From: an uncultured Eubacteriales bacterium
GTDB taxonomy: Bacteria > Bacillota > Clostridia > Peptostreptococcales > Anaerovoracaceae
Direction of reading: 5' to 3'
Assembly: GCA_902773665.1 (NCBI GenBank)
Contig: CACYFF010000006.1
Location: 34,801-98,800, forward strand
DNA: 64,000 nt
The notes beneath the pieces were generated by a model. That model was not told the DNA's origin. It ran no database searches and was given only the letters and a program-made list of their open reading frames with translations. Both the position numbers and the translations under genes were made by a program. Shown in pieces: positions 24,427 to 34,040 of the stretch; position 1 is the first letter of the stretch, and each line of letters starts with the position of its first letter.

Positions 24427-25148
24427 TCCTGATTCTCCAATGCCTCCCGGTACACCTGGATGACTGTCTCCAGGCGGTTTACCAGGCTGCGGTAATGCAT
24501 GTTGCAGAAGGGAGCTTCGTCGCCGTCGTTGATGCAGGCGCTCATCAGCCGTCGGTATTCGTCCTCGCTCACGGGATACGACGGAAGAGGAATGCCTGCC
24601 TGCAGCAGCGCGTAGGCGGCAGCCAGCAGCGCCATGGTGATGGTATCCTGGCCGTAGGCGTAAATGTTGATGATGCCCATCTGAAGTTCTGCAGCCTTCA
24701 GGGCGCCGTCGGAAACGCTGTCCATCGCCCGGAACAGGTGATCCATCCGCTCCGAGATCTCGCTGTAATGACAAGGGATAAAGCCGATGTCGTACACGAC
24801 GGCGTTGTCTCTTCTGTGGACCGGTCCCTCCGGCTCCAGAAGGTCTTCGTACCAGCCGTCCAGCATCTTCGTGTTGAGCGTAGCCTGCATCTCCACGGAA
24901 CTGATCATATCCTTATAGACGTCCCGCAGGCGGAAGCAGAAGCCGTACAGGTCGATATTCACGTCTTCCATGATGCGGCCGGACAGGATGTCCACCAGAG
25001 TCTTCTTCTCCACCCGCACGCCCCGCTGGCACAGCACGGTGTACAGCAGCATCCAGAGATTGGAGTCCTCCAGCCACTTGCGCGCCTCCGGAAGGACAGG
25101 TCCCAATTCCCTGTAAGCCTTGAGTTTTTCGTTCAGAAGTTCCTTCAT
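24423..25148 (-). CDS. Hypothetical protein, possibly a Fic-fold protein with a fully degenerate active-site motif
   Basis: About 241 aa from ATG 25148. The segment IYAYGQDTITMALLAAAYALLQAGIP aligns by eye with HPFxDGNGRxxRLL....L...G.P but has no catalytic residues. ATGA overlap with murB. Confidence 0.3.
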   Translation of the reverse strand: MKELLNEKLKAYRELGPVLPEARKWLEDSNLWMLLYTVLCQRGVRVEKKTLVDILSGRIMEDVNIDLYGFCFRLRDVYKDMISSVEMQATLNTKMLDGWYEDLLEPEGPVHRRDNAVVYDIGFIPCHYSEISERMDHLFRAMDSVSDGALKAAELQMGIINIYAYGQDTITMALLAAAYALLQAGIPLPSYPVSEDEYRRLMSACINDGDEAPFCNMHYRSLVNRLETVIQVYREALENQE

Positions 25149-25185
25149 GGTTCTATGATAACACAATTTTGGTTGACGAAAAACA

Positions 25186-25216
25186 GAAAAAGAACCGGAG
25201 CGTTGTGCTCCGGCTC
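25186..25216 (-). terminator. Intrinsic terminator after the aminotransferase gene
   Basis: The minus strand reads GAGCCGGAGCacaacGCTCCGGTTC followed by TTTTT. Confidence 0.8.
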
Positions 25217-25242
25217 TTTGTTTCCCTGTTATGGCGCCGAAA

Positions 25243-26436
25243 TTACTTTCTGGCGTTGTACTGCTCGATACCCTTGCCGAGGAGCTGGATGGCTCTTCTC
25301 AGGTCGTCGCAGTTGAGGATGTACGCGATACGCATCTCGTTGATGCCTGCGCCTGGGGTCTTGTAGAAGCCGCCGGCAGGAGCATACATAACGGTCTCGT
25401 TGTTGTCGTTGAATTCGGTGAGCAGCCAGATGAGGAACTTCTCCGCATCGTCTACCGGCATCTTGACCATAACGTAGAACGCACCTTCGGGTTCGCTGAA
25501 GACGAGGCCGGGGATCTTGCTGAGTTCTTCCTTAACGGTGTCTCTTCTTCTCTTGTATTCGACGTTGACGTCCTTCAGATACTGGGGATCTACGTCGTAC
25601 AGGGAAGCGGATGCAAGCTGGTCCAGCGTGGGAACGGACAGTCTTGCCTGGCATAACTTCATGAATTCTGCCTGGAAGTCCTTGTTCTTGCAGATGACTG
25701 CGCCGACTCTTGCGCCGCAGGCGGAGAATCTCTTGGAGACGGAGTCGATGATGATCAGTCTGTCTAAGATATCCTCGAAGCTGCCCATCGTGGCCAGAGG
25801 CTCGCCGTTATAGGTGAATTCTCTGTAAACTTCGTCCGCGATGATCCACAGATCGTGTTCCTTGGCGATGTCTGCGACCAGACGTCTTTCTTCCGGAGTC
25901 AGGACGACGCCGGTGGGGTTGCCGGGGTTCGTGAACATGATCGCTTTGGTGTTCGGGGTGATCGCTGCTTCGATCTTTTCTCTGGTAGCGAAGCGGTAGC
26001 CTTCTTCCGCAGAGGTCTTGATAGGCACGATGTCTGCGCCGGTGTTGTAGATAAAGGTCTTGTAGTTGGGATAGAAGGGTTCCGGGATGATGATCTCGTC
26101 ACCGTTGTCCAGGATGCATTCCATGGTGAAGGTGATCGCTTCGGAACCGCCTGCCGTGATCACGACGTCGCCGGGCTGGATGTCCATGCCCAGATTCTTG
26201 TAGTAATCCTCAACCTTCTTGATGGTCACGGGCATACCCGGGGAAGGTGCATACTCCAGAACGGGAGCGCTGAAATTACGGACGGTTTCGAAATAAGACT
26301 CGGGGGTCTTGATGTCGGGCTGGCCGATGTTCAGGTGATAGATCTTCATGCCCCGCTTCTGCGCTTCTACCTGGTACGGATAGAACTTACGGATGGGGGA
26401 AAGACCGCACTTCTGGATCTTGCTGGAAAATTTCAT
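25243..26436 (-). CDS. Class I/II pyridoxal-phosphate-dependent aminotransferase (aspartate aminotransferase-like)
   Basis: MKFSSKIQKCGLSPIRKF...NIGQPD...NPGNPTG...SVSKRFSACGARVG. The ATG at 26436 follows GAGGAGG, which lies inside the longer track ORF. Confidence 0.85.
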   Translation of the reverse strand: MKFSSKIQKCGLSPIRKFYPYQVEAQKRGMKIYHLNIGQPDIKTPESYFETVRNFSAPVLEYAPSPGMPVTIKKVEDYYKNLGMDIQPGDVVITAGGSEAITFTMECILDNGDEIIIPEPFYPNYKTFIYNTGADIVPIKTSAEEGYRFATREKIEAAITPNTKAIMFTNPGNPTGVVLTPEERRLVADIAKEHDLWIIADEVYREFTYNGEPLATMGSFEDILDRLIIIDSVSKRFSACGARVGAVICKNKDFQAEFMKLCQARLSVPTLDQLASASLYDVDPQYLKDVNVEYKRRRDTVKEELSKIPGLVFSEPEGAFYVMVKMPVDDAEKFLIWLLTEFNDNNETVMYAPAGGFYKTPGAGINEMRIAYILNCDDLRRAIQLLGKGIEQYNARK

Positions 26437-26534
26437 GTTAGTCCTCCTCATAAAGCCGTGTATTTCACGGCAAATAATCGATTTGGCTTTATTATATCAC
26501 AACTGTTTAAAAATTGTTTTCAATTAAACAATTT

Positions 26535-27965
26535 TTAGAGGAACATTGCCTCAATTTTTGTGGTGTCGGCTTCACTCAGAGGAGCTTCTCCGGCGGCTCT
26601 GCGGTCCAGCGCCTCGCGCACCAGCAGGTGCCCTTCCCGCTCCACACGGTACAGGTACATGGAGACCGCGCCGGCGATGCTGGTGATGCCGGGCAGCAGT
26701 ACGAAGCAGATCCCCAGCATTCGAAGCGATGCGGCATTCTGCACGGCGGCGCTTCCATCGAACCCGGTCTGTTCCAGGAGCAGCGTCATCACACGGACGG
26801 AAAGCGATACGGAGAAGCCGCAGAGGAAGCTCTGAAGCCCCACGATATTGCCTTCCCTTCTTCTTCCGGTCCGGTATTCGTCCAGGTCGGCCACGTCGTA
26901 TAGATTGGTGGTATACAGCTGCCAGAATCCATGCACGCCGATGGAGTGGACCAGGACGTAGAGCAGCAGCAGCGGAATGCTGTGGACGCCGGTGAAGTAG
27001 AGGGCGATCGCCGCGACGCCGTAGAAAGCGGAGGTGAACACCGTCATCCGGCGCTTCCCGTACTTCATGGCGATGGCGGTCACGACGGGGATCACGACGA
27101 ATCCCAGGATGGAATTGGTGGTGTAAGCCAGGCTCGTGACCCATTCACTGTCCCCTTTTACGCAGTACTGGATGAAGAAGACCATGGCGTTGGAATACAT
27201 GGTATAGCAGAAATTCAGGATGAATTTCGTTTCGATCAGTCTGCGGTAGGGTTTGATCCGAAGCAGCTCCTTATAATCGCGCAGCATCTCCGTCCAGCTC
27301 TGGGATTTCTGGTCGACGACGCCCAGTTTTTCTCTTCCCCGCGTCTCGTTCCAGCAGAACAGAAGGCCGAAGACGACGAGCGCGCTCATCCCGAGCACCA
27401 GCGTCAGCCAGGACGCTGACGGGGTCATCCCCCGCTCCTGCAGGAACTTCAGGATGGGCAGCGGCATGGCCAGGCAGATGAGGGTGGACAGGTTGGTAAC
27501 AAAGGATACTACGGAATTCAGCTTGATCGAATCGTCATAGCCGTCGGAGATATCTGCACCCAAGGCAATATGGGAGACGTAGTACGTGATGAAGAACGTG
27601 TAAAACAGGAGGCCCATGGCCGTGTAATACACGATCTTCTGCCAGTTCGAGCCGCCGACCGTGAGGAAGGTAAGGCAAAAGATCAGCGGCAGCACAAAGG
27701 CGGACATCAGAATGATGGGCCGTCTTCTGCCGTACTTGCACTTTAATCCGTCGGTGATCCTCCCCACGAACAGGGAGAAGAAAGCGTCCGCCAGAACGAT
27801 CACGCTGCCGATCGTACCGGCATCTTTAGAACTCAGCCCGGCCGGGCCGGTCAGAAAAACCAGCAGGTAGGAGCTGATAAACTGATAATAGAAGGCATCT
27901 CCCAGAAATCCGAGAGCGTATGCGAGATATTTGCGTAAGCCGTTTTTCTTTGCTGTGTCTGTCAT
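26535..27965 (-). CDS. GPH-family (MelB/glycoside-pentoside-hexuronide) cation symporter
   Basis: 476 aa, 12 TM. N-terminal KLAYALGFLGD..., DGLKCKYGRRRP loop (D-x-x-x-x-G-R-R-R-P motif). Confidence 0.8.
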   Translation of the reverse strand: MTDTAKKNGLRKYLAYALGFLGDAFYYQFISSYLLVFLTGPAGLSSKDAGTIGSVIVLADAFFSLFVGRITDGLKCKYGRRRPIILMSAFVLPLIFCLTFLTVGGSNWQKIVYYTAMGLLFYTFFITYYVSHIALGADISDGYDDSIKLNSVVSFVTNLSTLICLAMPLPILKFLQERGMTPSASWLTLVLGMSALVVFGLLFCWNETRGREKLGVVDQKSQSWTEMLRDYKELLRIKPYRRLIETKFILNFCYTMYSNAMVFFIQYCVKGDSEWVTSLAYTTNSILGFVVIPVVTAIAMKYGKRRMTVFTSAFYGVAAIALYFTGVHSIPLLLLYVLVHSIGVHGFWQLYTTNLYDVADLDEYRTGRRREGNIVGLQSFLCGFSVSLSVRVMTLLLEQTGFDGSAAVQNAASLRMLGICFVLLPGITSIAGAVSMYLYRVEREGHLLVREALDRRAAGEAPLSEADTTKIEAMFL

Positions 27966-29386
27966 TACCGGAACATGTCCTCAATTCTTGCCGTCTCTTC
28001 TTCCGAAAGATTCTCCATGTCGTGGTGCCTGCGATAAAGCGCTTCTTTCAGGAGCACGAAATTATCTTTATCCACGCGGTAAGCGAACAGGAACAGCCCC
28101 GAGAGCAGCGCCGCGCCTGCCGGGACCCAGATAAACAGCGTCTTGAGCATCATTATGGCGCCGGACGTCTGGACTGCCGCCGTTGCGGAAAAGCCGGATG
28201 CGGCGAGAAGCCCCGTCAGCACTTTCAGGCTCACCGAAGTAAATCCCGTGTTGATAAAGCTCTGCAGTGCCATGATGTTGCCTTCCCGGCGCACGCCGAA
28301 GCGGTACTCGTCCAGGTCGGTAATGTCGTACAGGTTCGTGTTGCACAGCTGCCAGAAGCTCGCCTGCCCGTAGATATAGATCAGCATGTAGAGGACCAGC
28401 AGAGCCCGGGACCGCACGCCCACGAGACCCATCAGAAGGCTGAGACCGGCGCACACGAACTGGGCGTAAGCCATGTACTTGCGCTTTCCCAGCTTAAAGG
28501 TCATCTTGGCGATAAAGGGCACCAGCACCAGGCTGACGACGTTGCTCAGCAGGTAGATGACCGCGGAGAACCGGGTATCGATCTGCAGCACGAACTGCAT
28601 GTAAAAGATGAGCGTACCGGTGTAGAACGTGTAGGCCACGTTGCTGAAGACCTTGGAAAAGATGACTTTCCGGTAAGGCCGCAGCGTGAGGAGCTGCCGG
28701 CAGTCATGGAAGAACCCTGCGATGCCCTGGGATTCCGGTTCGTCCCAGACGGGCTGCTCCAGTCCCCGGGTGGCGTTCCAGCAGAGGAAGCCGCCCAGCA
28801 GCACGAGGGCCGCCAGAGCTGCCGCGAACAGGAACCAGGCGTTTTCCGTTTCCATCCCCCGGGAAGTGAGGGCTGCGATGGCAGTGAGAGGAACCGCTGT
28901 TCCCAGAATGCCGCCGCCCAGCGTAAACAGACGGGTGTAGCTGTTCAGCAGGATGCGGTCTTCATAATCCGTCGCCACATCCGCGCCGAGGGCTACATAG
29001 CAGACGAAAAATGCAGCATAGGCGATCCAGAACACGAAGCCCCAGAGCATGTAGTACCAGAAGCGGAAGGTGTCGCCTCCGCCCGCCGTACGGAACATCA
29101 TGGCGAAGGAGAGAGGCATCAGCAGATAGACCGCAAGCAAAAAGGGCCGCCTCCTGCCAAAGCGGCTCCGTACGTTGTCGGACCACTTTCCCACCACGAT
29201 GCTGAAGATCGCATCCGACATGATCGTGACGGAAGAGATGGTTCCCGCGACCGCAGGAGAAAGCCCTACGACACCGGTGAGAAATACGATCTGAAAGGAG
29301 GCGATGAATTGGTAAAAGCACGGGTCCGGCAGGTACCCTGCCCCATAACAAAGCTTTGTTCTCAGATTTCTTTTTCCGGTGTCCAT
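27965..29386 (-). CDS. GPH-family cation symporter, tandem paralog
   Basis: 473 aa with the same architecture (SDNVRSRFGRRRP). Its TAA shares one base with the downstream ATG. Confidence 0.8.
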   Translation of the reverse strand: MDTGKRNLRTKLCYGAGYLPDPCFYQFIASFQIVFLTGVVGLSPAVAGTISSVTIMSDAIFSIVVGKWSDNVRSRFGRRRPFLLAVYLLMPLSFAMMFRTAGGGDTFRFWYYMLWGFVFWIAYAAFFVCYVALGADVATDYEDRILLNSYTRLFTLGGGILGTAVPLTAIAALTSRGMETENAWFLFAAALAALVLLGGFLCWNATRGLEQPVWDEPESQGIAGFFHDCRQLLTLRPYRKVIFSKVFSNVAYTFYTGTLIFYMQFVLQIDTRFSAVIYLLSNVVSLVLVPFIAKMTFKLGKRKYMAYAQFVCAGLSLLMGLVGVRSRALLVLYMLIYIYGQASFWQLCNTNLYDITDLDEYRFGVRREGNIMALQSFINTGFTSVSLKVLTGLLAASGFSATAAVQTSGAIMMLKTLFIWVPAGAALLSGLFLFAYRVDKDNFVLLKEALYRRHHDMENLSEEETARIEDMFR

Positions 29387-29424
29387 AGGAGATGATTTAT
29401 GATTTTACTGATTTTGCGAACGGT

Positions 29425-30120
29425 TTAGTCTTTTTTCAGAATGAGGACGGCGCCTGCGACGATGACGCACACCGCAAACAGGATACGGGTGTCGAACCGG
29501 GGCAGGAATACGCGCACGAGCACGAACAGGCCGATGAGGATAAGGATGACCCCCAGCAGCAGTCTGGTCTTATCGCCACTGCTCCGCGGGGCGCTCTGCG
29601 TCCGCTGAGGCTGCTGGTAAGCCTGATACGGCCGCTCCGGACGGGGTGCCTCCTGCTTCGTAGCCTCTGGTTTCGGCATCTCCTGTTTGGGGGACTCCTG
29701 CTTCGGAGCGCCTGCAGCTGCGCCGCGCGTCTCCTGCGTCTCCCGTTCCTTGGCCCAGGCTTTGCTCACGGGATCGGCAGGTTCTTCTGCCTTCACTTCC
29801 TGCGGCATGGGCGCTGCGCTGCGGGAAACATGCTGCGGCATGGGTTCCGCATAGGACGCTCGGTTTACATAGGTCGTGCCCGTAGCGTTATAGGAACCGG
29901 GCTGCGCCGGCTGCACGGGCATGCCGCCGTCTTCCGGGCGTTTGGGCATGATGAGCGCCGCGATCAGATAAAACAACAGTCCCGCGCCGAACGCCAGCGT
30001 AAACAGCACCAGCACGAGGCGGATGATGAGCGAATCGATCCCGAAATATTCGGCGATGCCCCCGCATACACCGAATATCGCCTTGTCCGTAGAGGACTTG
30101 TACAATCTCTTGGTTTCCAT
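29425..30120 (-). CDS. PspC-domain membrane protein
   Basis: N-terminal KRLYKSSTDKAIFGVCGGIAEYFGID..., a P/Q/A-rich linker, and a C-terminal TM. Confidence 0.75.
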   Translation of the reverse strand: METKRLYKSSTDKAIFGVCGGIAEYFGIDSLIIRLVLVLFTLAFGAGLLFYLIAALIMPKRPEDGGMPVQPAQPGSYNATGTTYVNRASYAEPMPQHVSRSAAPMPQEVKAEEPADPVSKAWAKERETQETRGAAAGAPKQESPKQEMPKPEATKQEAPRPERPYQAYQQPQRTQSAPRSSGDKTRLLLGVILILIGLFVLVRVFLPRFDTRILFAVCVIVAGAVLILKKD

Positions 30121-30161
30121 TTCCTTTCTAATCCTTTCTTTTCCCTTCTATTGGATCCGGG

Positions 30162-31154
30162 TCAATCGCCGGTCTCCGCCGGCAGATTCCCGTAATCGAC
30201 AAAACTGATGTTGTAGTCCACGTTGCCTTCGATGCCGTCGATCCGTCCGGTGCTGCTGTACTGCCACACCTGGAAGGCGTACGGGAAGAACGGCTTGCGG
30301 AAGTACTGGGCGAACCACTTGTCGTAGTCCGTGATCCGCGTAATGTCCAGTTTTTCGATGAACCAGCGGATGTTGCAGTAGAGCATCGGCGTGTAACCGG
30401 ATTCTTTTACGGTCTCGCAGAACGCGATGGCGTGGTCTGTCCGCGCCTGCTGCGAGAGTTCCGCCGTCCTTGCCGTCGCGCTGGCGGCGTCCTCGATGTC
30501 CAGGACGATGGGCCAGGTCACGTTATACGGCCGGATGTTCTCCATAACGAACTGCGCCTCTTCCACGGCTTCTTCCACGGAGATGGCCTGGGTCACGAAA
30601 TAGACGCCCACCGCGATGCCGTTCTGCAGCGCGCCGCGGATGTTGTCCTCGAAGCGGTCGTCCTTTACGAGAAGACCGCTCTCGTAGCCACGGTAGCCGA
30701 GGCGGATAAAGACGAACTTGACGCCGCTCGCCGCCACCTTCTCCCAGTCGATGTCTCCCTGATAGGTGGACACGTCGATGCCCTTGATGGAAACGGTCTC
30801 ACCGTCCACGGCGTATTCCACTTCTCTCGGCGTTTCGCTCACCTCCACCAGATTGCTCCAATCGTAATCGGACTGCGGAAGACTGCGGTCGATGGACGCG
30901 TACTGAAACACGCCCCCCGCGCCTCGGTAGACGATGAGATTCGGCAGCAGATCCTGCAGCAGTTCCCAGACGGAAGCGTCGTTCCGGCCGAACTCCTGGA
31001 TCTCTCCCACGGTATACGATACGATCTCGTCCTGCGGCGTAAGCACGGTGTCCGGCTTCGCGGAAGGCTCGGTCTGCCCGCTCTGCTGCGTACAGCCTGC
31101 GAGAAGGCTTGCGAGAAGAGCGATGCAGAGTATGATAGTCACAAATCTCTTCAT
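30162..31154 (-). CDS. GH25-family lysozyme (muramidase) lipoprotein
   Basis: Lipobox LLAGC. GIDVSTYQGDIDWEKVAASGVKFVFIRLGYRG...GVYFVTQA. Confidence 0.8.
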   Translation of the reverse strand: MKRFVTIILCIALLASLLAGCTQQSGQTEPSAKPDTVLTPQDEIVSYTVGEIQEFGRNDASVWELLQDLLPNLIVYRGAGGVFQYASIDRSLPQSDYDWSNLVEVSETPREVEYAVDGETVSIKGIDVSTYQGDIDWEKVAASGVKFVFIRLGYRGYESGLLVKDDRFEDNIRGALQNGIAVGVYFVTQAISVEEAVEEAQFVMENIRPYNVTWPIVLDIEDAASATARTAELSQQARTDHAIAFCETVKESGYTPMLYCNIRWFIEKLDITRITDYDKWFAQYFRKPFFPYAFQVWQYSSTGRIDGIEGNVDYNISFVDYGNLPAETGD

Positions 31155-31177
31155 GAGGGTATTGTATCATACCCAAA

Positions 31178-31206
31178 GAAAAAAAACAGGCCCGCAGGGA
31201 GCCTGT
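31178..31206 (-). terminator. Intrinsic terminator after the nitroreductase gene
   Basis: The minus strand reads ACAGGCTCCctgcGGGCCTGT followed by T8. Confidence 0.75.
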
Positions 31207-31234
31207 CACAGAAAATTAACACTCTCTTAACCGT

Positions 31235-31762
31235 TTAGTCAACGTACACCACGAAATCTTCTTTTCGGGGTTTCGGCAGGGGTTCGTCCCCGTCCGCGTA
31301 GCCCAGGATGCAGTAGCCAATGCCCTTATAGCTCTCGGGAATGCCCCAGGCGGTCGCCATGGCTCTTCCCTCCGGGCTGTCGAACGTCTGCCGCGCCCGG
31401 TTGATCCAGCAGGACGCGACGCCGATGGCGTGTGCGGCGTTCATCAGGTTGCCCATCGCAAGAGAGCCGTCCTCGATCCAGGTTCCGGTCGCCGCGCTGT
31501 TCGCGAATACGGCGATCAGATCCGGCGCGCCGTAGAACGGATCCGAGTTCGCGCCCAGGATCTCCGCATTGATCTCCGACAGTTTGTCGCGCACTGCCTT
31601 GTTGCGCACGACGACGAACTTCGTGCACTGGGTGCCTTTTCCGGTGGGGGCATACTTGCCCGCCTCCAGGATGATCTCCATCTCCTCTTCCGTAATGTGT
31701 TCCGGCTTGTATTTGCGGACACTTCTTCTCGTCAGCAGAGTCTTGATGCTTTCGTTTTCCAT
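31235..31762 (-). CDS. Nitroreductase-family protein
   Basis: 175 aa. LLTRRSVRKYKPEHITEEEMEIILEAGKYAPTGKGTQ. Confidence 0.8.
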   Translation of the reverse strand: MENESIKTLLTRRSVRKYKPEHITEEEMEIILEAGKYAPTGKGTQCTKFVVVRNKAVRDKLSEINAEILGANSDPFYGAPDLIAVFANSAATGTWIEDGSLAMGNLMNAAHAIGVASCWINRARQTFDSPEGRAMATAWGIPESYKGIGYCILGYADGDEPLPKPRKEDFVVYVD

Positions 31763-31788
31763 GGGTCTCCTCCTTCCGATCCGGGATG

Positions 31789-32853
31789 TTATTCATAAGC
31801 CGGATTGGCAGCCTCCTCGCCCCGCAGGATGCGAAGACCGCCGAAAGCGAGCGCTTCCATCTCGTTTTCTCCCGGCATCACGACGACTTTTACCGTATGT
31901 TCCAGATGTTCCTTAATCGTTCCGGTGAGCATCTTCGAATGGGCGATGCCGCCCGTCAGGATGACCGCGTCCACGGGCTCCGTAAAGCTGCCAATCATCA
32001 TGGCCGCGTATTTCGCGACCTGGAAGCCCATGGCGTCGTACACCAGTTTCGCGTATGCGTCCCCTTCTTCGATGCGCCTCTCCACCTCTCTGGCGTTGTG
32101 CGTGCCCAGCAGGTTCGTAAGGCCCGCGTCGCCTCTCACCTTTTTCGCCATCTGCTCGTAGGTGTATTTTCCGCTGTAGCAGAGATCCACGACGTCCATG
32201 GTGTTGACCGCACCGCAGCGGGTGGGAGACATGGGGCCGCCGTCATCTCTTACGTTATCGATGATCCGTCCATGGCAATGAGCAGAGACGGTAATGCCGC
32301 CGCCCATATGCGCGACGATCAGGTTCATGTCCTCATATTTTTTGCCCTGTTCTTTCGCGTATCGGATGCTCATGGCGCGGGCGTTGAGCACGTGGCACAG
32401 GCTGGTGCGCTCCATGCCGTCGAGACCCGTGATCTTCGCGACGGGCAGCAGCGTTTCCGCGCTTACGGCGTCGTAGATGTAGGCCTTGCAGCCGCTCATC
32501 TGCGCAAAGTGATACGCCAGCGCCGCGCCGATGTTAGACACATGGTCGAACAGCGGATGGTCTTTGGCGGAGTCCAGCAATGCCTGGTTCACTTCGTAGC
32601 CGCCGGTGGCAAGACGGGCGATGCCGCCGCCCCGTCCCATGACGCAGTCGAAGGAATCCGCTGCGATCCCGGCTTTTTGCAGCGTGACCGCGATAGCATC
32701 GATGCGGTACTGCAGCTGGTCGTACGTCGTCGGATAGACGCCGATCTCCTCGACAGGGTGGTTTATGTTTTCCAGAAACGCCTGCTGTTCGCCATCGTAG
32801 ACGGCGATCTTGGACGAAGTGCTTCCGGGGTTGATGACAAGAATACGTTCCAT
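31789..32853 (-). CDS. buk: Butyrate kinase
   Basis: The ATG at 32853 gives MERILVINPGSTSSKIAVYDG...MGRGGG...AHMGGGITV..., an ASKHA-fold buk signature. Confidence 0.85.
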   Translation of the reverse strand: MERILVINPGSTSSKIAVYDGEQQAFLENINHPVEEIGVYPTTYDQLQYRIDAIAVTLQKAGIAADSFDCVMGRGGGIARLATGGYEVNQALLDSAKDHPLFDHVSNIGAALAYHFAQMSGCKAYIYDAVSAETLLPVAKITGLDGMERTSLCHVLNARAMSIRYAKEQGKKYEDMNLIVAHMGGGITVSAHCHGRIIDNVRDDGGPMSPTRCGAVNTMDVVDLCYSGKYTYEQMAKKVRGDAGLTNLLGTHNAREVERRIEEGDAYAKLVYDAMGFQVAKYAAMMIGSFTEPVDAVILTGGIAHSKMLTGTIKEHLEHTVKVVVMPGENEMEALAFGGLRILRGEEAANPAYE

Positions 32854-34040
32854 TATTTCGTGATCTCCTGATAATCCTCGGGGGTATTGATATTCCAAAG
32901 CATGCGGGGCGCGAAGTCCTTAAAGTCCTCCGCCCGGATCCGCCTGACTTTCAGACGGTTCATCAGGGCGTCCTGCACCTTCCGTTCGTCCTTGTCCAGT
33001 GCTTCCTGCAGCGCTCTTACGGCGTTCTCCGTGCGGAGCAGCAGCGGGAAGGTCTGTATTCTGCCGCCGGCCTCAAACAGGAAAACGTCCGCGTCTTCCT
33101 TCGGATAGCTCAGGAACAGGCGCAGCAGCTTATCCGTCAGCAGAGGCATGTCGCAGGTAAGGAACAGGGTCCAGGGCTGCCGGCTGACCCGCAGACAGCG
33201 GACGATGCCTTCCAGCGGTCCGATATCTTCCCGTTCGTCGCAGATCGTTTCGAATCCGGGAAACTGCACGTCCTCGCCCTTTGCGACGGACACCATGCGC
33301 TGCGGCATCGCGGCCACCAGAGACGTGGAAGCTTCGAGCATCGTACGGCCGTCCACCTCCATCTGGCGCTTGTCCTGATGCATGCGCGACGATCTTCCAC
33401 CCGCCAGGACAGCGCCTGCCGTCGTGAAATACGCCGCCAGATAGAGCGCCATGCCGGGATGTTTCTTTAACCCCAGCGAACCTTCTATGCCGTCGGCCGC
33501 GGCGGGGACCGCCTTCGCCAGCGTTTCGGGATGCCAGTTCAGATAACTGGAGCCTACGCAGATGAAGAGCTTTGCACTGTCGAGCCCGGCACCTGTATAC
33601 CCTTTCGGATACAGAGCCAGCATACAGGCCAGACGCGCGACATCTTCCTCTGCGGAGCCGGGACGGCAATGCTCCAGATCCAGGCACATCAGGGAATCTC
33701 CCTGCACGATAAAGTCCCGGAAGTCCGTCTCCCCGATGGAGATATTCGTCAGTTCCCGGTATCTGCGGTACCAGGAAAAGAACAGTTCAAAACACGCAGC
33801 CTGTTTCGCCGGGTCGTTTCCGGCGGCGAGGAAGAATTCGTAGAAATTCGTCCCCTCTTCGTACTGCGTTTCGATCGTGCCGTCCTGTGCCGACAACATC
33901 GTCGGCACAAGACCGCTTCCTTTTAATTTTTCGTAGATCCCCTGCTCCCGGACAAAACCGCTGCGGGAGGCAAATGTCTTGATAAACCGGTCTTTGCGCC
34001 TCTGGACGGTGTTGCTCAGAGTCGAGGACGGCTTATTCAA
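32853..34040 (-). CDS. Fusion protein: divergent kinase-like (APH/ChoK-type) N-domain + MobA-like nucleotidyltransferase C-domain
   Basis: The C-half has AVLAGGRSSRMHQDKRQMEVDG, GPLEGIVRCL, TCDMPLLT and NINTPEDY (MobA motifs). The N-half has IGETDFRDFIV...CLDLEH...EEDVARLA, which resembles HGDxxxxN...IDxE...DLA. The probable TTG start at 34040 follows GGAGAA and overlaps the upstream stop. Confidence 0.55.
   Translation of the reverse strand: MNKPSSTLSNTVQRRKDRFIKTFASRSGFVREQGIYEKLKGSGLVPTMLSAQDGTIETQYEEGTNFYEFFLAAGNDPAKQAACFELFFSWYRRYRELTNISIGETDFRDFIVQGDSLMCLDLEHCRPGSAEEDVARLACMLALYPKGYTGAGLDSAKLFICVGSSYLNWHPETLAKAVPAAADGIEGSLGLKKHPGMALYLAAYFTTAGAVLAGGRSSRMHQDKRQMEVDGRTMLEASTSLVAAMPQRMVSVAKGEDVQFPGFETICDEREDIGPLEGIVRCLRVSRQPWTLFLTCDMPLLTDKLLRLFLSYPKEDADVFLFEAGGRIQTFPLLLRTENAVRALQEALDKDERKVQDALMNRLKVRRIRAEDFKDFAPRMLWNINTPEDYQEITK

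Noticed and set aside
24427-24774. 116-codon N-terminal extension of murB in the track ORF.
   Set aside because: It overlaps the upstream Fic-like gene in another frame, and its His/Arg/Gly-rich sequence is unlike MurB. The MurB homology begins at MNIQEIK (24426), with an ATGA overlap.
26535-29386. Tandem GPH-family symporters as part of a polysaccharide or glycoside utilisation locus.
   Set aside because: No glycoside hydrolase, regulator or kinase is adjacent; the neighbours are an aminotransferase and a PspC-domain protein. This is an ordinary tandem paralog pair.
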